35,883 bases of DNA, from positions 1 through 35,883 of the forward strand of contig JAISGJ010000236.1 in assembly GCA_031263105.1 (NCBI GenBank). Direction: 5' to 3'. Below the pieces are notes generated by a model. That model did not search any database. It was not told the origin of the DNA and was given only the letters and a program-made list of their open reading frames with translations. Source of the stretch: Coriobacteriales bacterium (GTDB lineage: Bacteria; Actinomycetota; Coriobacteriia; Coriobacteriales; UBA8131). Shown here piece by piece: positions 26,801 through 34,725 of this stretch. Position 1 is the stretch's first letter, and the number at the start of each line of letters is the position of its first letter. Both the position numbers and the translations under genes were made by a program.

Positions 26801-27022
26801 GGGGACAACAGGCACGAGGGCGAGGTGGTCGCGCCGGAGTCCAAGATGAGGGAGATGGCGATGCAGGCCGCCGCCGCCGTCGTCCGGGCGATGGCCCCGC
26901 AGCAGCAGGCCGCAGGGGCGGGAGCGGACATCGTCATCCCGCTGTACCTGGACGGGGCCGAGGTCGCCCGCGCGGTCCGCAGGGCGGACGCCGACACGCG
27001 GCTGAGGTCGGGGGGCTGGTGA
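23807..27022 (+). CDS. Tape measure protein
   Basis: 1071 aa, Ala/Gly-rich helical; LKDSAAFGRQ, GLKNENSILVDNAGVTKN; Trp/Phe periodic repeats; LPRLASGG. Confidence 0.93.
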   Translation: MSSVGTIDLGLKLDKAGLKSLAGLNKQTFNTGNAKAFSAELSGVGRKANGLIGAFGKVAVAAGLALGAAAAVKFGNECVKAASTAQGAFMGLQSILAAQGRSFGDAKGWVDDYVKDGLVPLQNAVTAYKNLAARGYDDAQIRGTLEALKDSAAFGRQSSYTLGEAVQSATEGLKNENSILVDNAGVTKNVAKMWQEYAGSVGKTTAELTQADRIQAEYLGIMRETAFQTGDAARYTQTYQGRVSGLSAAWLDLKTNLGAMLMTVLSPLVGALQSAVSWVNSLVTGFMTLVSTLTGVSFSLIGESAGGAASGVQGIADGLGEVEGAASGAGGAAKKAMKALMGFDSLNVMPAKDDGGGGGGSSGGGGGGGGSAPKAVAPAIDAGGVLAQIQGVSEGMKGFFDPMVQAWSTKGAGVVASFKTAWGGVTALFGEIGRSFATVWTNGTGQRTLELVFGLVTSINTAIGGMTGAFALAWAAGGRGTSIVQNVWDGVNNLLSIVGGVAEEIAKWWNSEEGKSFADAVVETVAKISDAFERVTKVIKDIWDNGGRETFGLILDVIGGVIEVVSVVIGYVAELSAELAEWVQPAVEAFLNNVLNPALEAVKDALKWLTTDGKPVLEVVAALVIGVATAVGIVTAALKLMALAQAAVNLVMSASPLTWIVLAVGALIAVIILLVTHWDEVTAAVKGAWDAIVGAFGDAAKWIDDNVVKPIVEFFTGLWDGIVKTFKGAGKWFKDRFTEAWKGLTDAFSAIGTWFSDRWNDVVRALAAIPAWFRERFQEAWTNLTLVFAALGTWFTDRWNDLKTALAAIPTWFKEKFQAAWTNLTLVFTALGAWFGTKWGELKDKLAAIPTWFKERFQAAWTNLTGVFSGIAAWFGTKWGELKSRLAEIPTWFRDRFNAAIENIKSVFKNLPEWFKGVIDKIVSALSNIGSTIGGAISQGFKTAINTLIGGIEGVINSAVGKINGITSLLGFELGTVALPRLASGGYVAANTPQLAVIGDNRHEGEVVAPESKMREMAMQAAAAVVRAMAPQQQAAGAGADIVIPLYLDGAEVARAVRRADADTRLRSGGW
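26101..26500 (+). repeat. 120-bp (40-aa) tandem repeats within the tape measure gene
   Basis: GCTCGCCGCCATCCCC at 26101, 26221 and 26341, degenerate at 26461 (LAAIPxWFxExFQxAWTNLT). Confidence 0.85.
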
Positions 27023-27369
27023 TGGCGGTCATCAAGGTGGGCGGCCTGAGCCTGCCGGACGGCAACCTGACCTCCTACGACCTCAAGCGCTCCGACATCG
27101 ACTCGGCGGCCACCGGCCGGAGCGAGGACGGGCGCATGATCCGCGACCGGGTGAGGCAGAACGTGTGCTCGCTCGAGGCGACCTACGAGATGCTCACGGA
27201 CGCCCAGGTGGCGCAGCTCTTTTCCGCCACCGACGCGGCGCAGCTCACCGTCGTCATCGACGACGGCGGCGGTGCCGTCACCAAGACCATGATGCGCTCG
27301 GGCGACATCCAGAAGACCATGCGCTGCGCCGGGTACTGGGACGTGGCGCTGTCGCTCGTCGAGTACTGA
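27022..27369 (+). CDS. Distal tail (Dit-like) protein
   Basis: Follows the tape measure gene by TGATG; TGRSEDGRMIRDRVR, WDVALSLVEY. Confidence 0.65.
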   Translation: MAVIKVGGLSLPDGNLTSYDLKRSDIDSAATGRSEDGRMIRDRVRQNVCSLEATYEMLTDAQVAQLFSATDAAQLTVVIDDGGGAVTKTMMRSGDIQKTMRCAGYWDVALSLVEY

Positions 27370-27384
27370 GGAGGAGAGACACGC

Positions 27385-28989
27385 ATGTACCCTGTGCCCG
27401 ACGCCTACAAGGAGGCCATAGACGGCAACGACCGCGAATACGCGCTCGCAGGCACCCTGACGCTCGGGGACGGCTCCGTGCACGCCCTGTCCGACGCGTC
27501 GTTCCTCGCGGGCTCCGTGTCCGTGTCCTACGACTGCGTGACGGGCGAGTCCCTCGCCCTGGGCGCTGCCATGGCGGCGTCGCTGAAGGCCACGCTGCTC
27601 GGGCTCGCCCTCGACCGCTACGCGCTCTACGGGGCGTCGGCCGTCCTCGCCTTCGTGCTGGGGGACACGACGGTCCCCCTCGGCGCCTTCACCGTCACCG
27701 AGGCCGTGTCCAAGGGCGACGCGCTCGTCGTGTCCGCAGTCGACGACATGTGCAGGACCGACGTGCCCGCAGCGCTCGGGGCCGCGTCGGGGACCCCCTA
27801 CCGGTGGCTCACGGACCTCTGCGGGGCCTGCGGCCTGCGCCTCGCCCAGAGCGAGGAGGAGGTCGAGGCGATGCCGAACGGCACGGCGACGCTCGAGATG
27901 CCCGTGGCCGGCGCGGACGCGAACTGGCGCGACGCGCTCTGCCACGTCGCCCAGGCGCTGGCGGGGTTCGCCGTCATCAACAGGGCGGGGGAGCTGGAGG
28001 TCAGGGCGTTCGGGACGGCCCCCGTGGCCGTCGTCCCGAAGGGGCGGTGCTACTCGCTCGCGCCGGCCGACTACGTGAGCCGCCACACGTCCCTGTCCTG
28101 CGAGAGCGGCACCGACGTGATAGTGGTGGCGGGGGAGCCGAACGACGGGCTGAACCTCGCGGTGCGGGGCAACCCGTTCTTCGACGTGGGCGAGGCGACC
28201 GACCACTACCAGACGGTCGCGAACATGTACGGGGCGGTCGAGGGGCTGGCCTACGTCCCCGGGCAGTGGTCGTATGCGGGGAACCCCGCGCTTGACGCGG
28301 GCGACATGGTGACCATCGACGGGCGGGACGTGCTGCTCACGGGCATCGTGTTCAGGTACCACGCCCCCCAGGACCTGCGCAGCGCCGGCGCGAACCCCCG
28401 CCACGGGTCGGTCGTGCCCGCGAGCGAGAGGCGCCAGCACGAGGCCAAGGTCCTGACCCTCGAGGAGATCAGGCGCGTCCAGGGCGAGCTCGTCGACGTC
28501 AACGCCCAGATCGTCCGCACCCAGGACAACATACAGCTCTGGGTGCAGGACACCTACACGGCGTCCGCCGACTACTTCTCGAAGGTCACCGAGCTCCAGA
28601 GCCTCATCGAGCAGAACGCCGAGTCGATCTCCCTCAGCGTGGGCGAGCTGACGGCCGTCATAGCCGACCTCGACGACGCCCTGACGAGCCGCATCGACGG
28701 CATGAACACCTCGCTCCTCATCGACGCCGCCGGCGTCCACATACGCAAGTCCGTCGACGGGGACCTCGGCAGGTACGAGGTCTTCATCGACGAGGCGTCG
28801 TTCCGCGTCCGCTCCATAACCGCCGACGCGCCGCCCTCCGACCCGTCCGCCGACACGGCGGCGGTCGCGTGGATAGACAACGACGACATGCACATCCACA
28901 ACGCCACCGTCGTCAACGCGCTCGACCTGGGCTCGTTCCGCTTCGAGCCGCGCTCCTCCGGCAACCTGTCCCTGGTCTGGAAGGGGTGA
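27385..28989 (+). CDS. Baseplate hub / tail tip protein
   Basis: MYPVPDAYKEAI, GFAVINRAGELE, GNPALDAGD, coiled coil, C-terminal RSSGNLSLVWKG. Confidence 0.72.
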   Translation: MYPVPDAYKEAIDGNDREYALAGTLTLGDGSVHALSDASFLAGSVSVSYDCVTGESLALGAAMAASLKATLLGLALDRYALYGASAVLAFVLGDTTVPLGAFTVTEAVSKGDALVVSAVDDMCRTDVPAALGAASGTPYRWLTDLCGACGLRLAQSEEEVEAMPNGTATLEMPVAGADANWRDALCHVAQALAGFAVINRAGELEVRAFGTAPVAVVPKGRCYSLAPADYVSRHTSLSCESGTDVIVVAGEPNDGLNLAVRGNPFFDVGEATDHYQTVANMYGAVEGLAYVPGQWSYAGNPALDAGDMVTIDGRDVLLTGIVFRYHAPQDLRSAGANPRHGSVVPASERRQHEAKVLTLEEIRRVQGELVDVNAQIVRTQDNIQLWVQDTYTASADYFSKVTELQSLIEQNAESISLSVGELTAVIADLDDALTSRIDGMNTSLLIDAAGVHIRKSVDGDLGRYEVFIDEASFRVRSITADAPPSDPSADTAAVAWIDNDDMHIHNATVVNALDLGSFRFEPRSSGNLSLVWKG

Positions 28990-28993
28990 CGTC

Positions 28994-31219
28994 ATGAATA
29001 ACGTCAATGTGAGGATCGGCAACGCCCTCTTCGGATCCACAGCGACGGCGACGATGGAGGGCATCCCGGGCGACAAGGTCCGCAAGGTGGTCTGGTCGGT
29101 CAACGGGCACACGACCACACAGACAGGCACCGGCCCCTCGGCCTCGCTGGGGATGGACCCGGCGTGGGCCGGGGCGCTCACGTCGGGGCAGTACGTCGGG
29201 GCGACGTGCACGGTCACGGTCTACCAGAGCACAGAGGTCATAGGAGAGGGGAGCGCATCCTTCGGCGTCGGGATGCCAGCGAGGTCCACGGCGGGCGTGC
29301 AGGCCACGTCCTTCGGCGCGGCGGTCGCGGTCTCCATCGCCCGGAGCGCGGCGTTCCTCACCCACACCGTGACCTGGCAGGTGGGCTCCCACAAGGCGTC
29401 CTCGACGAGGGTGGCGACATCGGCCTCCTACACCGTCCCCGCGTCATGGGCGGACGCCGCGCCGTCCGCGACCTCGGCGTCAGGCACGGTCACGGTGGAC
29501 ACCTACAACGGCGCGACCAAGACAGGCTCCGTGACCGTGCCCTTCACCCTGACGGTGCCGAGCAGCTACCTGCCCACGGCGGGGGCGCTCGGAGTCGCCC
29601 GCGTCGACGGGCGGGTGCCTGCGGGCTGGGGCGTCTACGTGCAGGGCCAGTCAAGGGCCACGCTCTCGCTGCCGTCGGCGGCGGGCTCCAACGGCTCCGC
29701 CATAGCGCTCAAGACGCTTTCTGTGAACCGCCTCCTAACCGCTGACGTCCTGTTCTCGGGCGCGGGGGGCGCGTCCTACACCTTGACGACGGGGTACCTG
29801 CCTGCTGGCAACGTCGAATGCCGTGGCAAGGTCAAGGACAGCCGTGGGCGCGAGGCCTTAGCCGAGTCACGGGCGTTCACGGTCCTCCCGTGGTCGCCCC
29901 CGGAGATCACGTCCGTCTCGGCCCAACGGTGGACGACCGGCGACGCGTCGGGCACGGCCTCCGACGACGGCACGTTCATCCGGGTCCTCGTCACCGACAG
30001 GGTCTCGCCCGTCGACGGCAAGAACACGTTCTCCCGCGCCTGGCACCGGCGGCGGGTCGGCACGGAGGACTGGACGGTCGGGCCGTACACGCCCGGCACG
30101 CCCCTTTGGCTGTCCGGGGCCTCGGCCGAGTGCAGCTACGAGGTCGCGTTCACGCTCGCCGACGCCTTCGGCAGCGTCTTCACGAGCGTCCTGGTGCCCA
30201 CCGCGCACGTCGCGATGGACTTCAGGGCGGGCGGCAAGGGCATCGCCGTCGGCAAGGTGTCGGAGAAGGAGGGGCTCGAGGTCGACTGGCCGTCGTTCTT
30301 CAACGGGCCGGTGTACCTCTCCGCCCTGACGCTGGACGGCACGGACCTCTCCCTGCCCGTGTCCGTGGCCAACGGCGGCACGGACGCCCGGAACGCGGCC
30401 GATGCCCGGACGAACCTGGGCTTCCCGAAGACGGGCGCCGCCAAGCAGAAGCTGCTGTACCTGCCGCCGGGCTCCAACGCCCCCGGCCTCGCGTGGTCGG
30501 GGGACGCCGACACGAGCAACCTCTTCGTCGTCTACCGCAACGGCTCGCTGTCGTCCTCGGCCATCCCGCTGGGCCGGGGTGACGGGGGCACGGGCGCGTC
30601 CGACGCGGCCGGCGCACGGGAGAACCTGGGCGCACAGGCCGATGTCCGCAACGTGGGTGCGCTCGAGCTTAGCCAGAACGTCGGGGCCAACGCAAACTCC
30701 TACATAGACTTCCACTCGCTCGGCGGCTCGGACTACACCTCGCGCATCATCAACAGCAGCGGGAGCTGGACGCTCCAGGTCATCGCGGGCGAGGGCAGCG
30801 GCACGGGCCCCCTCTACCTCCGGGCGCTCCACACCTTCGTGCCGAGCGCGTACGCCGACACGACCTCTGCGGGGGCGAACGTGTCCGTCGGCTCCACCGG
30901 CCAGCTGTACCGCTCGACCTCCTCGCGGCGCTACAAGAAGAACATCGAGCCCCAGGAGGCCGACCTCGGCGCGGTGGACGGCCTCATGCTCTGCACATGG
31001 GAGCCCGCCCGGGACGACCTGGGCATCGACGAGGGCCGCTACGCGGGCCTGGTGGCCGAGGACGTGTCCGACGCGCTGGGCGGCCTGTACGTCACGCTCG
31101 ACTCCGAGGGCCGCCCCGACGCCATCGAGTGGGCCGCCGTGACGGGCTACCTCGTGGAGCAGGTCAAGGACCTGCGGGCGCGGGTGGCGGCGCTGGAGGG
31201 GAGGGGGGCGCAGGCATGA
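28994..31219 (+). CDS. Tail fibre / receptor-binding protein with C-terminal intramolecular chaperone (S74-like)
   Basis: Ser/Thr-rich beta domains, YVQGQSRA, VKDSRGR, GIAVGKVSE, VANGGT/GDGGTGA repeats, SSRRYKKNI..GLVAEDV plus terminal coiled coil. Confidence 0.8.
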   Translation: MNNVNVRIGNALFGSTATATMEGIPGDKVRKVVWSVNGHTTTQTGTGPSASLGMDPAWAGALTSGQYVGATCTVTVYQSTEVIGEGSASFGVGMPARSTAGVQATSFGAAVAVSIARSAAFLTHTVTWQVGSHKASSTRVATSASYTVPASWADAAPSATSASGTVTVDTYNGATKTGSVTVPFTLTVPSSYLPTAGALGVARVDGRVPAGWGVYVQGQSRATLSLPSAAGSNGSAIALKTLSVNRLLTADVLFSGAGGASYTLTTGYLPAGNVECRGKVKDSRGREALAESRAFTVLPWSPPEITSVSAQRWTTGDASGTASDDGTFIRVLVTDRVSPVDGKNTFSRAWHRRRVGTEDWTVGPYTPGTPLWLSGASAECSYEVAFTLADAFGSVFTSVLVPTAHVAMDFRAGGKGIAVGKVSEKEGLEVDWPSFFNGPVYLSALTLDGTDLSLPVSVANGGTDARNAADARTNLGFPKTGAAKQKLLYLPPGSNAPGLAWSGDADTSNLFVVYRNGSLSSSAIPLGRGDGGTGASDAAGARENLGAQADVRNVGALELSQNVGANANSYIDFHSLGGSDYTSRIINSSGSWTLQVIAGEGSGTGPLYLRALHTFVPSAYADTTSAGANVSVGSTGQLYRSTSSRRYKKNIEPQEADLGAVDGLMLCTWEPARDDLGIDEGRYAGLVAEDVSDALGGLYVTLDSEGRPDAIEWAAVTGYLVEQVKDLRARVAALEGRGAQA

Positions 31220-31584
31220 CGGAGCTCAAGGCGATCCTCGACCTCGTGGGCGACCTGGGCGCGACCTCTACCCTCGCGCTGGCGGCCGCGCTGTTCGCGG
31301 CCCGCAGGAGGCTCTTCGCGTACCTGCGCGTCGTTCTCGGCATCGAGGCCGTCGAGTGCAAGGTGCTGCGCGAGACCATACTCAACAACATCCGCCACGC
31401 CCCCCACAAGGCCGAGGCCATCAGGTCGGACTACGACGACTACAAGGCCATGAAGGGCAACACCTACCTCGACAAGGTGGTGGCGGAGTGGCACGAGTCC
31501 TACGAGCGGGGCCTCATCGCAGAGAGGCTCGGCACGTGGGACGGGCATGAGCGGCGAGGACGGGAGGGAGGTGAATCGACATGA
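31216..31584 (+). CDS. Membrane-anchored lysis-region protein
   Basis: N-terminal hydrophobic helix; YDDYKAMKGNTY motif; ATGA overlaps at both ends. Confidence 0.65.
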   Translation: MTELKAILDLVGDLGATSTLALAAALFAARRRLFAYLRVVLGIEAVECKVLRETILNNIRHAPHKAEAIRSDYDDYKAMKGNTYLDKVVAEWHESYERGLIAERLGTWDGHERRGREGGEST

Positions 31585-31817
31585 ACCTTTTAGCAATCGG
31601 GAAGCGCAAGTACCTGTACTACGTGACGGCCATATACGCCCCGAGCGTGATTCTGGCCGTGGCGCTGATGAACGTGTGGGGGGCCCCCTGCACGGAGCAG
31701 GTGACCTACACGCTGGAGGCCGTGGGGACGTTCCTGGGCGCGATATCGGGCGTGTTCGGGCTGGCGAACTACAGCCCGGCGCAGGGCGCACAGGCAGGGC
31801 CGGAAGGCACCGACTAG
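31581..31817 (+). CDS. Holin (Dp-1-like)
   Basis: Two hydrophobic segments, VWGAPCTEQV..TLEAVGTFLGAI; upstream of the endolysin. Confidence 0.75.
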   Translation: MNLLAIGKRKYLYYVTAIYAPSVILAVALMNVWGAPCTEQVTYTLEAVGTFLGAISGVFGLANYSPAQGAQAGPEGTD

Positions 31818-31833
31818 AGAGAGAGGTAGTGAC

Positions 31834-31926
31834 ATGGAAGACAAGACCGCTGACGGGGCCATGGGCCAGGAGGAGATCGAGGCCATGGGGCCGGGCGACG
31901 ACATGCCCGAGGAGGTGGCGTCATGA
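31834..31926 (+). CDS. 30-aa acidic peptide (MEDKTADGAMGQEEIEAMGPGDDMPEEVAS), not in the ORF track
   Basis: GAGAGGT RBS; stop overlaps the endolysin start (ATGA). Confidence 0.5.
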   Translation: MEDKTADGAMGQEEIEAMGPGDDMPEEVAS

Positions 31927-32888
31927 GCCTGGATATCGTGCAGATCCCCGCCGACCCCTCCAACTACACGCGGAACCGCGCCGCGCAGGGCGGGCGCGTC
32001 ACGCACGCCACCGTCCACCACGCGGCGGGCACCTCGCTGCAGGGGGTGGACAACACGTTCCGGACGCCGGGCCGCAGCGCGAGCACCCACTACGGCGTGC
32101 AGGACGGGCAGGTGCACCAGTACCTGCCCGAGACGGACGTGCCGTGGTCGGACGGGAGCTGGGCGAGCAACATCAGCACGGTCAGCATGGAGCTGGTGGA
32201 CGCGGGCGGCGCGCCGGACTGGCCGGTGTCGGAGGCCACATTCGACACGGCGGCGCAGCTCGTGGCGGACATCCTCAAGCGTCACGGCCTGGGCCCCGCC
32301 GTCAAGGGCGTGAACGTGTGCTGGCACCAGATGTACTCCGCGACGGCCTGCCCCGGGCCGTGGATGCTCCGCAACATGGACAGGTTCGTGGCATTGGTCA
32401 ACAAGTACATGGAGGTTCCCGTGACAAAAGAGAAGAAGGTGCAGATGTACGCGTACAACGGCACCGACGCCCAGATGTGGAGGCCCGTCCTCGTGGCGGA
32501 GAACGCCTACACGCTGGAGAGCAAGGCCAAGCCCGGGTACTTCCTCGGGGTCGCAGGCGGCGCACACAGGGCGGGCGTCCTCATTCAGGCCCAGCCCAGG
32601 ATGGCGAACGCCGCGAGGCAGCAGTTCAAGCTGGTGCACTATGCCGACCGTAAGTACGTCCCTGCATGGGCGGCCCCTTTGCAGATAGTGCCCTGCACCG
32701 GCAACGGGAAGGGGCTGAGGCTCGACGTCAAGGCCGCATCGAAAGACGACGGGGCGGCCCTTCAGCTGTACGCGGCCAACGCGACCGCCGCCCAGAAGTT
32801 CGTCATATACGACCACGGGGACGGCTATTGGAGCCTTGCCTGCATAGGCACAGGAACGGTCGTCGACCTCGCCGCAGGCGGGAGGTAG
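31923..32888 (+). CDS. Endolysin: zinc amidase (Amidase_2-like) plus ricin-type beta-trefoil domain
   Basis: TVHHAAG, STHYGV, SMEL, WHQMYSATACPG; VQMYAYNGTDAQMW and LQLYAANATAAQKF ricin repeats. Confidence 0.88.
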   Translation: MSLDIVQIPADPSNYTRNRAAQGGRVTHATVHHAAGTSLQGVDNTFRTPGRSASTHYGVQDGQVHQYLPETDVPWSDGSWASNISTVSMELVDAGGAPDWPVSEATFDTAAQLVADILKRHGLGPAVKGVNVCWHQMYSATACPGPWMLRNMDRFVALVNKYMEVPVTKEKKVQMYAYNGTDAQMWRPVLVAENAYTLESKAKPGYFLGVAGGAHRAGVLIQAQPRMANAARQQFKLVHYADRKYVPAWAAPLQIVPCTGNGKGLRLDVKAASKDDGAALQLYAANATAAQKFVIYDHGDGYWSLACIGTGTVVDLAAGGR

Positions 32889-32891
32889 GTC

Positions 32892-33236
32892 ATGGGCAGG
32901 ACCAAGGGCAAGGCCGTGACCGGCCCCGTCAACGGCGTCACCCTCAACGGGGCGACCGTGGCCCTCCCTGGGACGGAGCTCACCACCGGCCGTGCGCGCG
33001 TGGTGCCCTACGTCCCGTCGGACGCCCCCGAAGGGGCGAAGCCCCCGAAGGCGGGCGAGAAGGTCACGGTGATCCCGAGGGAGGCGCACGTCCGCTCCAC
33101 GCCCCGGAGGCTCGACGACCTCTCCAACGTCGTCGGCGCGGTCCGGCGCGGCGACGCGCTGGACGTCCTCGAGCGGCTGGACGGGTGGGTGCGCGTCGGC
33201 GAGGGCAGGTACGTCTTTGCCGAGTGCGTCAGGTAG
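32892..33236 (+). CDS. Stand-alone SH3b-like domain protein
   Basis: AHVRSTP...VVGAVRRGDALDVLERLDGWVRVGEGRYV. Confidence 0.65.
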   Translation: MGRTKGKAVTGPVNGVTLNGATVALPGTELTTGRARVVPYVPSDAPEGAKPPKAGEKVTVIPREAHVRSTPRRLDDLSNVVGAVRRGDALDVLERLDGWVRVGEGRYVFAECVR

Positions 33237-33251
33237 GCCGCAGCAGAGTCA

Positions 33252-33291
33252 GGCCCCCGTCCGGATCGTCCGGGCGGGGGCCGTTTTTTTT
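33252..33291 (+). terminator. Intrinsic terminator of the late operon
   Basis: GGCCCCCGTCCGGA-tcg-TCCGGGCGGGGGCC plus 8 T. Confidence 0.9.
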
Positions 33292-33317
33292 GTGCCCGGA
33301 GCCGGCCCCCGCCGCCG

Positions 33318-33530
33318 TGTGCCATCCTGTGCCATCGGGTGTCAAGATGTGCCGTGATGTGCCGTTGTCGTGGTAAGTCGCGGGGTGACGCGGGGCGTAA
33401 GATTGTGGCGCCTGCCTCGCAAAACGGGGTTTTCCCACAAAGCCGGGTGGCGGAGGGACAGGGATTCGAAGGCCGGGGCATAGTGCATCTGCCTGCACAA
33501 ACGCGTTTTGGGTGTGCCGTCAGGTGCCGT
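33318..33530. other. attP with tRNA-Ser 3' core and phased arm-type repeats
   Basis: Minus strand 33470-33448 reads TTCGAATCCCTGTCCCTCCGCCA; TGTGCC-like repeats every 10 bp at 33318-33365 and 33513-33530; adjacent to the integrase 3' end. Confidence 0.85.
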
Positions 33531-34614
33531 TCGCTGCCCTCGCGTAGGCCCGGTCGATCGCCTTCGCGTCCTCCTTGAGGTCCGTCAGCAGGGGGCGGAC
33601 GTAGCGGTTCAGCGTGGTGGTCACGTCGGTGTGCCCGAGCCACTTGGAGACGGACGCGACGTCGATGCCCGCCCGGATCGCGGCGGTCGCGAAGGAGTGC
33701 CGCAGCGTGCTCATGTTTATCCTCGGGACGTCGTGCGCCTCCCTGAAGCGCTCGATGAGGGTGGTGGCGCGGCGCGGCTTCACCGGGCGGCCGCCGTGGT
33801 CGGCCACGGGGCCGGCGATGCGGGTGACGCCGCCGCAGTCGCGCAGCGCGACCATCTGCCCGAAGGCGAAGTCGGTCATGGGGACCGTGCGCCGCGACTG
33901 CCTCGTCTTCGGCGGCGTCATGTCCGGCTCGCCGACCGTGTACGTGTAGGTCTGCCTCACATGTATCTCGCGCCTGCCGAAGTCGACGTGCCCCCACTCG
34001 AGCCCCAGTATCTCGCCCTTGCGCAGCCCGAAGCACAGGCCCAGGACGAGCAGCGCCCGCGTCTCGGCGTCCCCGGCGAGCCCGATCACCCTCCTGTGCT
34101 CGCCGAACGACGTGAGCCACTCGCCCCTGCGGTCGCGCGTGCTCTCCTTCGGCGGCATCCTGTAGCGGCCGGCCGCGGGGTTGTGGGCGAGCACCTCGTT
34201 GTCGACGGCGTGGGACAGGACGCAGCGCAGCGTGTCCCGGGCGTTCTCGGCGATGCTCGCCGTGTCGCACGCCGACAGCATCCTCTGTATCTCCGAGTGC
34301 GTGACGTCCCCTATCAGGCGCCCGCCGAGCCAGGGGCGTATCCTCAGCTCTATGTCGCGCCTGTACCCGGCGAGGGTGTTCTTGCGCAGTATCTCCTCCT
34401 TGTCCGGGAGGAAGTGGCCGTCGATGTACGCGGAGAGCGTGATGCGGTTCGAGCGCCCCCGCAGGTCGCGCTTGAGCATCTGCAGGTCGATCTCGGCCCT
34501 CCTGGCCTCCTTCGCCGTCCTGCACGAGGCCGTCTTGCGGTCGCGGCTGCCGTCGGGCCTGGTGCCGATGTCCACCTGGACGCGGTAGCCGGTCTTGGTC
34601 CTGTAGATGCTCAT
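33520..34614 (-). CDS. int: Tyrosine integrase
   Basis: N-terminal arm-binding-like segment; GLRKGEILGL, PKT, TLRHSFAT, LGHTDVTTTLNRY. Confidence 0.95.
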   Translation of the reverse strand: MSIYRTKTGYRVQVDIGTRPDGSRDRKTASCRTAKEARRAEIDLQMLKRDLRGRSNRITLSAYIDGHFLPDKEEILRKNTLAGYRRDIELRIRPWLGGRLIGDVTHSEIQRMLSACDTASIAENARDTLRCVLSHAVDNEVLAHNPAAGRYRMPPKESTRDRRGEWLTSFGEHRRVIGLAGDAETRALLVLGLCFGLRKGEILGLEWGHVDFGRREIHVRQTYTYTVGEPDMTPPKTRQSRRTVPMTDFAFGQMVALRDCGGVTRIAGPVADHGGRPVKPRRATTLIERFREAHDVPRINMSTLRHSFATAAIRAGIDVASVSKWLGHTDVTTTLNRYVRPLLTDLKEDAKAIDRAYARAANGT

Positions 34615-34648
34615 CGTGCGCCTCCTGTGGCCGTTCTCTGCGCCTGCT

Positions 34649-34678
34649 TTGACACGCCCCCTGCGTCCGTGCTACAAT
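34649..34678 (+). promoter_or_regulatory. Near-consensus sigma70 promoter, antisense to the PemK-like gene
   Basis: TTGACA (34649-34654)-N18-TACAAT (34673-34678) with TG extension; no plausible plus-strand CDS downstream. Confidence 0.75.
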
Positions 34679-34683
34679 CTCCG

Positions 34684-34725
34684 TACAAATTCCTTCGGGA
34701 TCGCCCCCGCGAGAGCGTGGGGCTA
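34684..34725 (+). ncRNA. Candidate structured sRNA at the 3' end of the PemK-like gene (3' limit unknown)
   Basis: TCC-TTCG-GGA (cUUCGg tetraloop) and GCCCCCGC-GAGA-GCGtGGGGC (GNRA tetraloop) immediately after the promoter. Confidence 0.55.

Noticed and set aside
28994..31219. Diversity-generating retroelement or invertible tail-fibre system
   Set aside because: No reverse transcriptase, invertase, template/variable repeat pair or inverted cassettes were seen.
33318..33365. Short tandem repeats as a CRISPR array
   Set aside because: Period is only 10 bp with no spacers; better explained as recombination arm sites.
33448..33470. Complete tRNA gene
   Set aside because: Only the T-loop to CCA is present; the 5' strand of the T-stem and the rest of the cloverleaf are missing.
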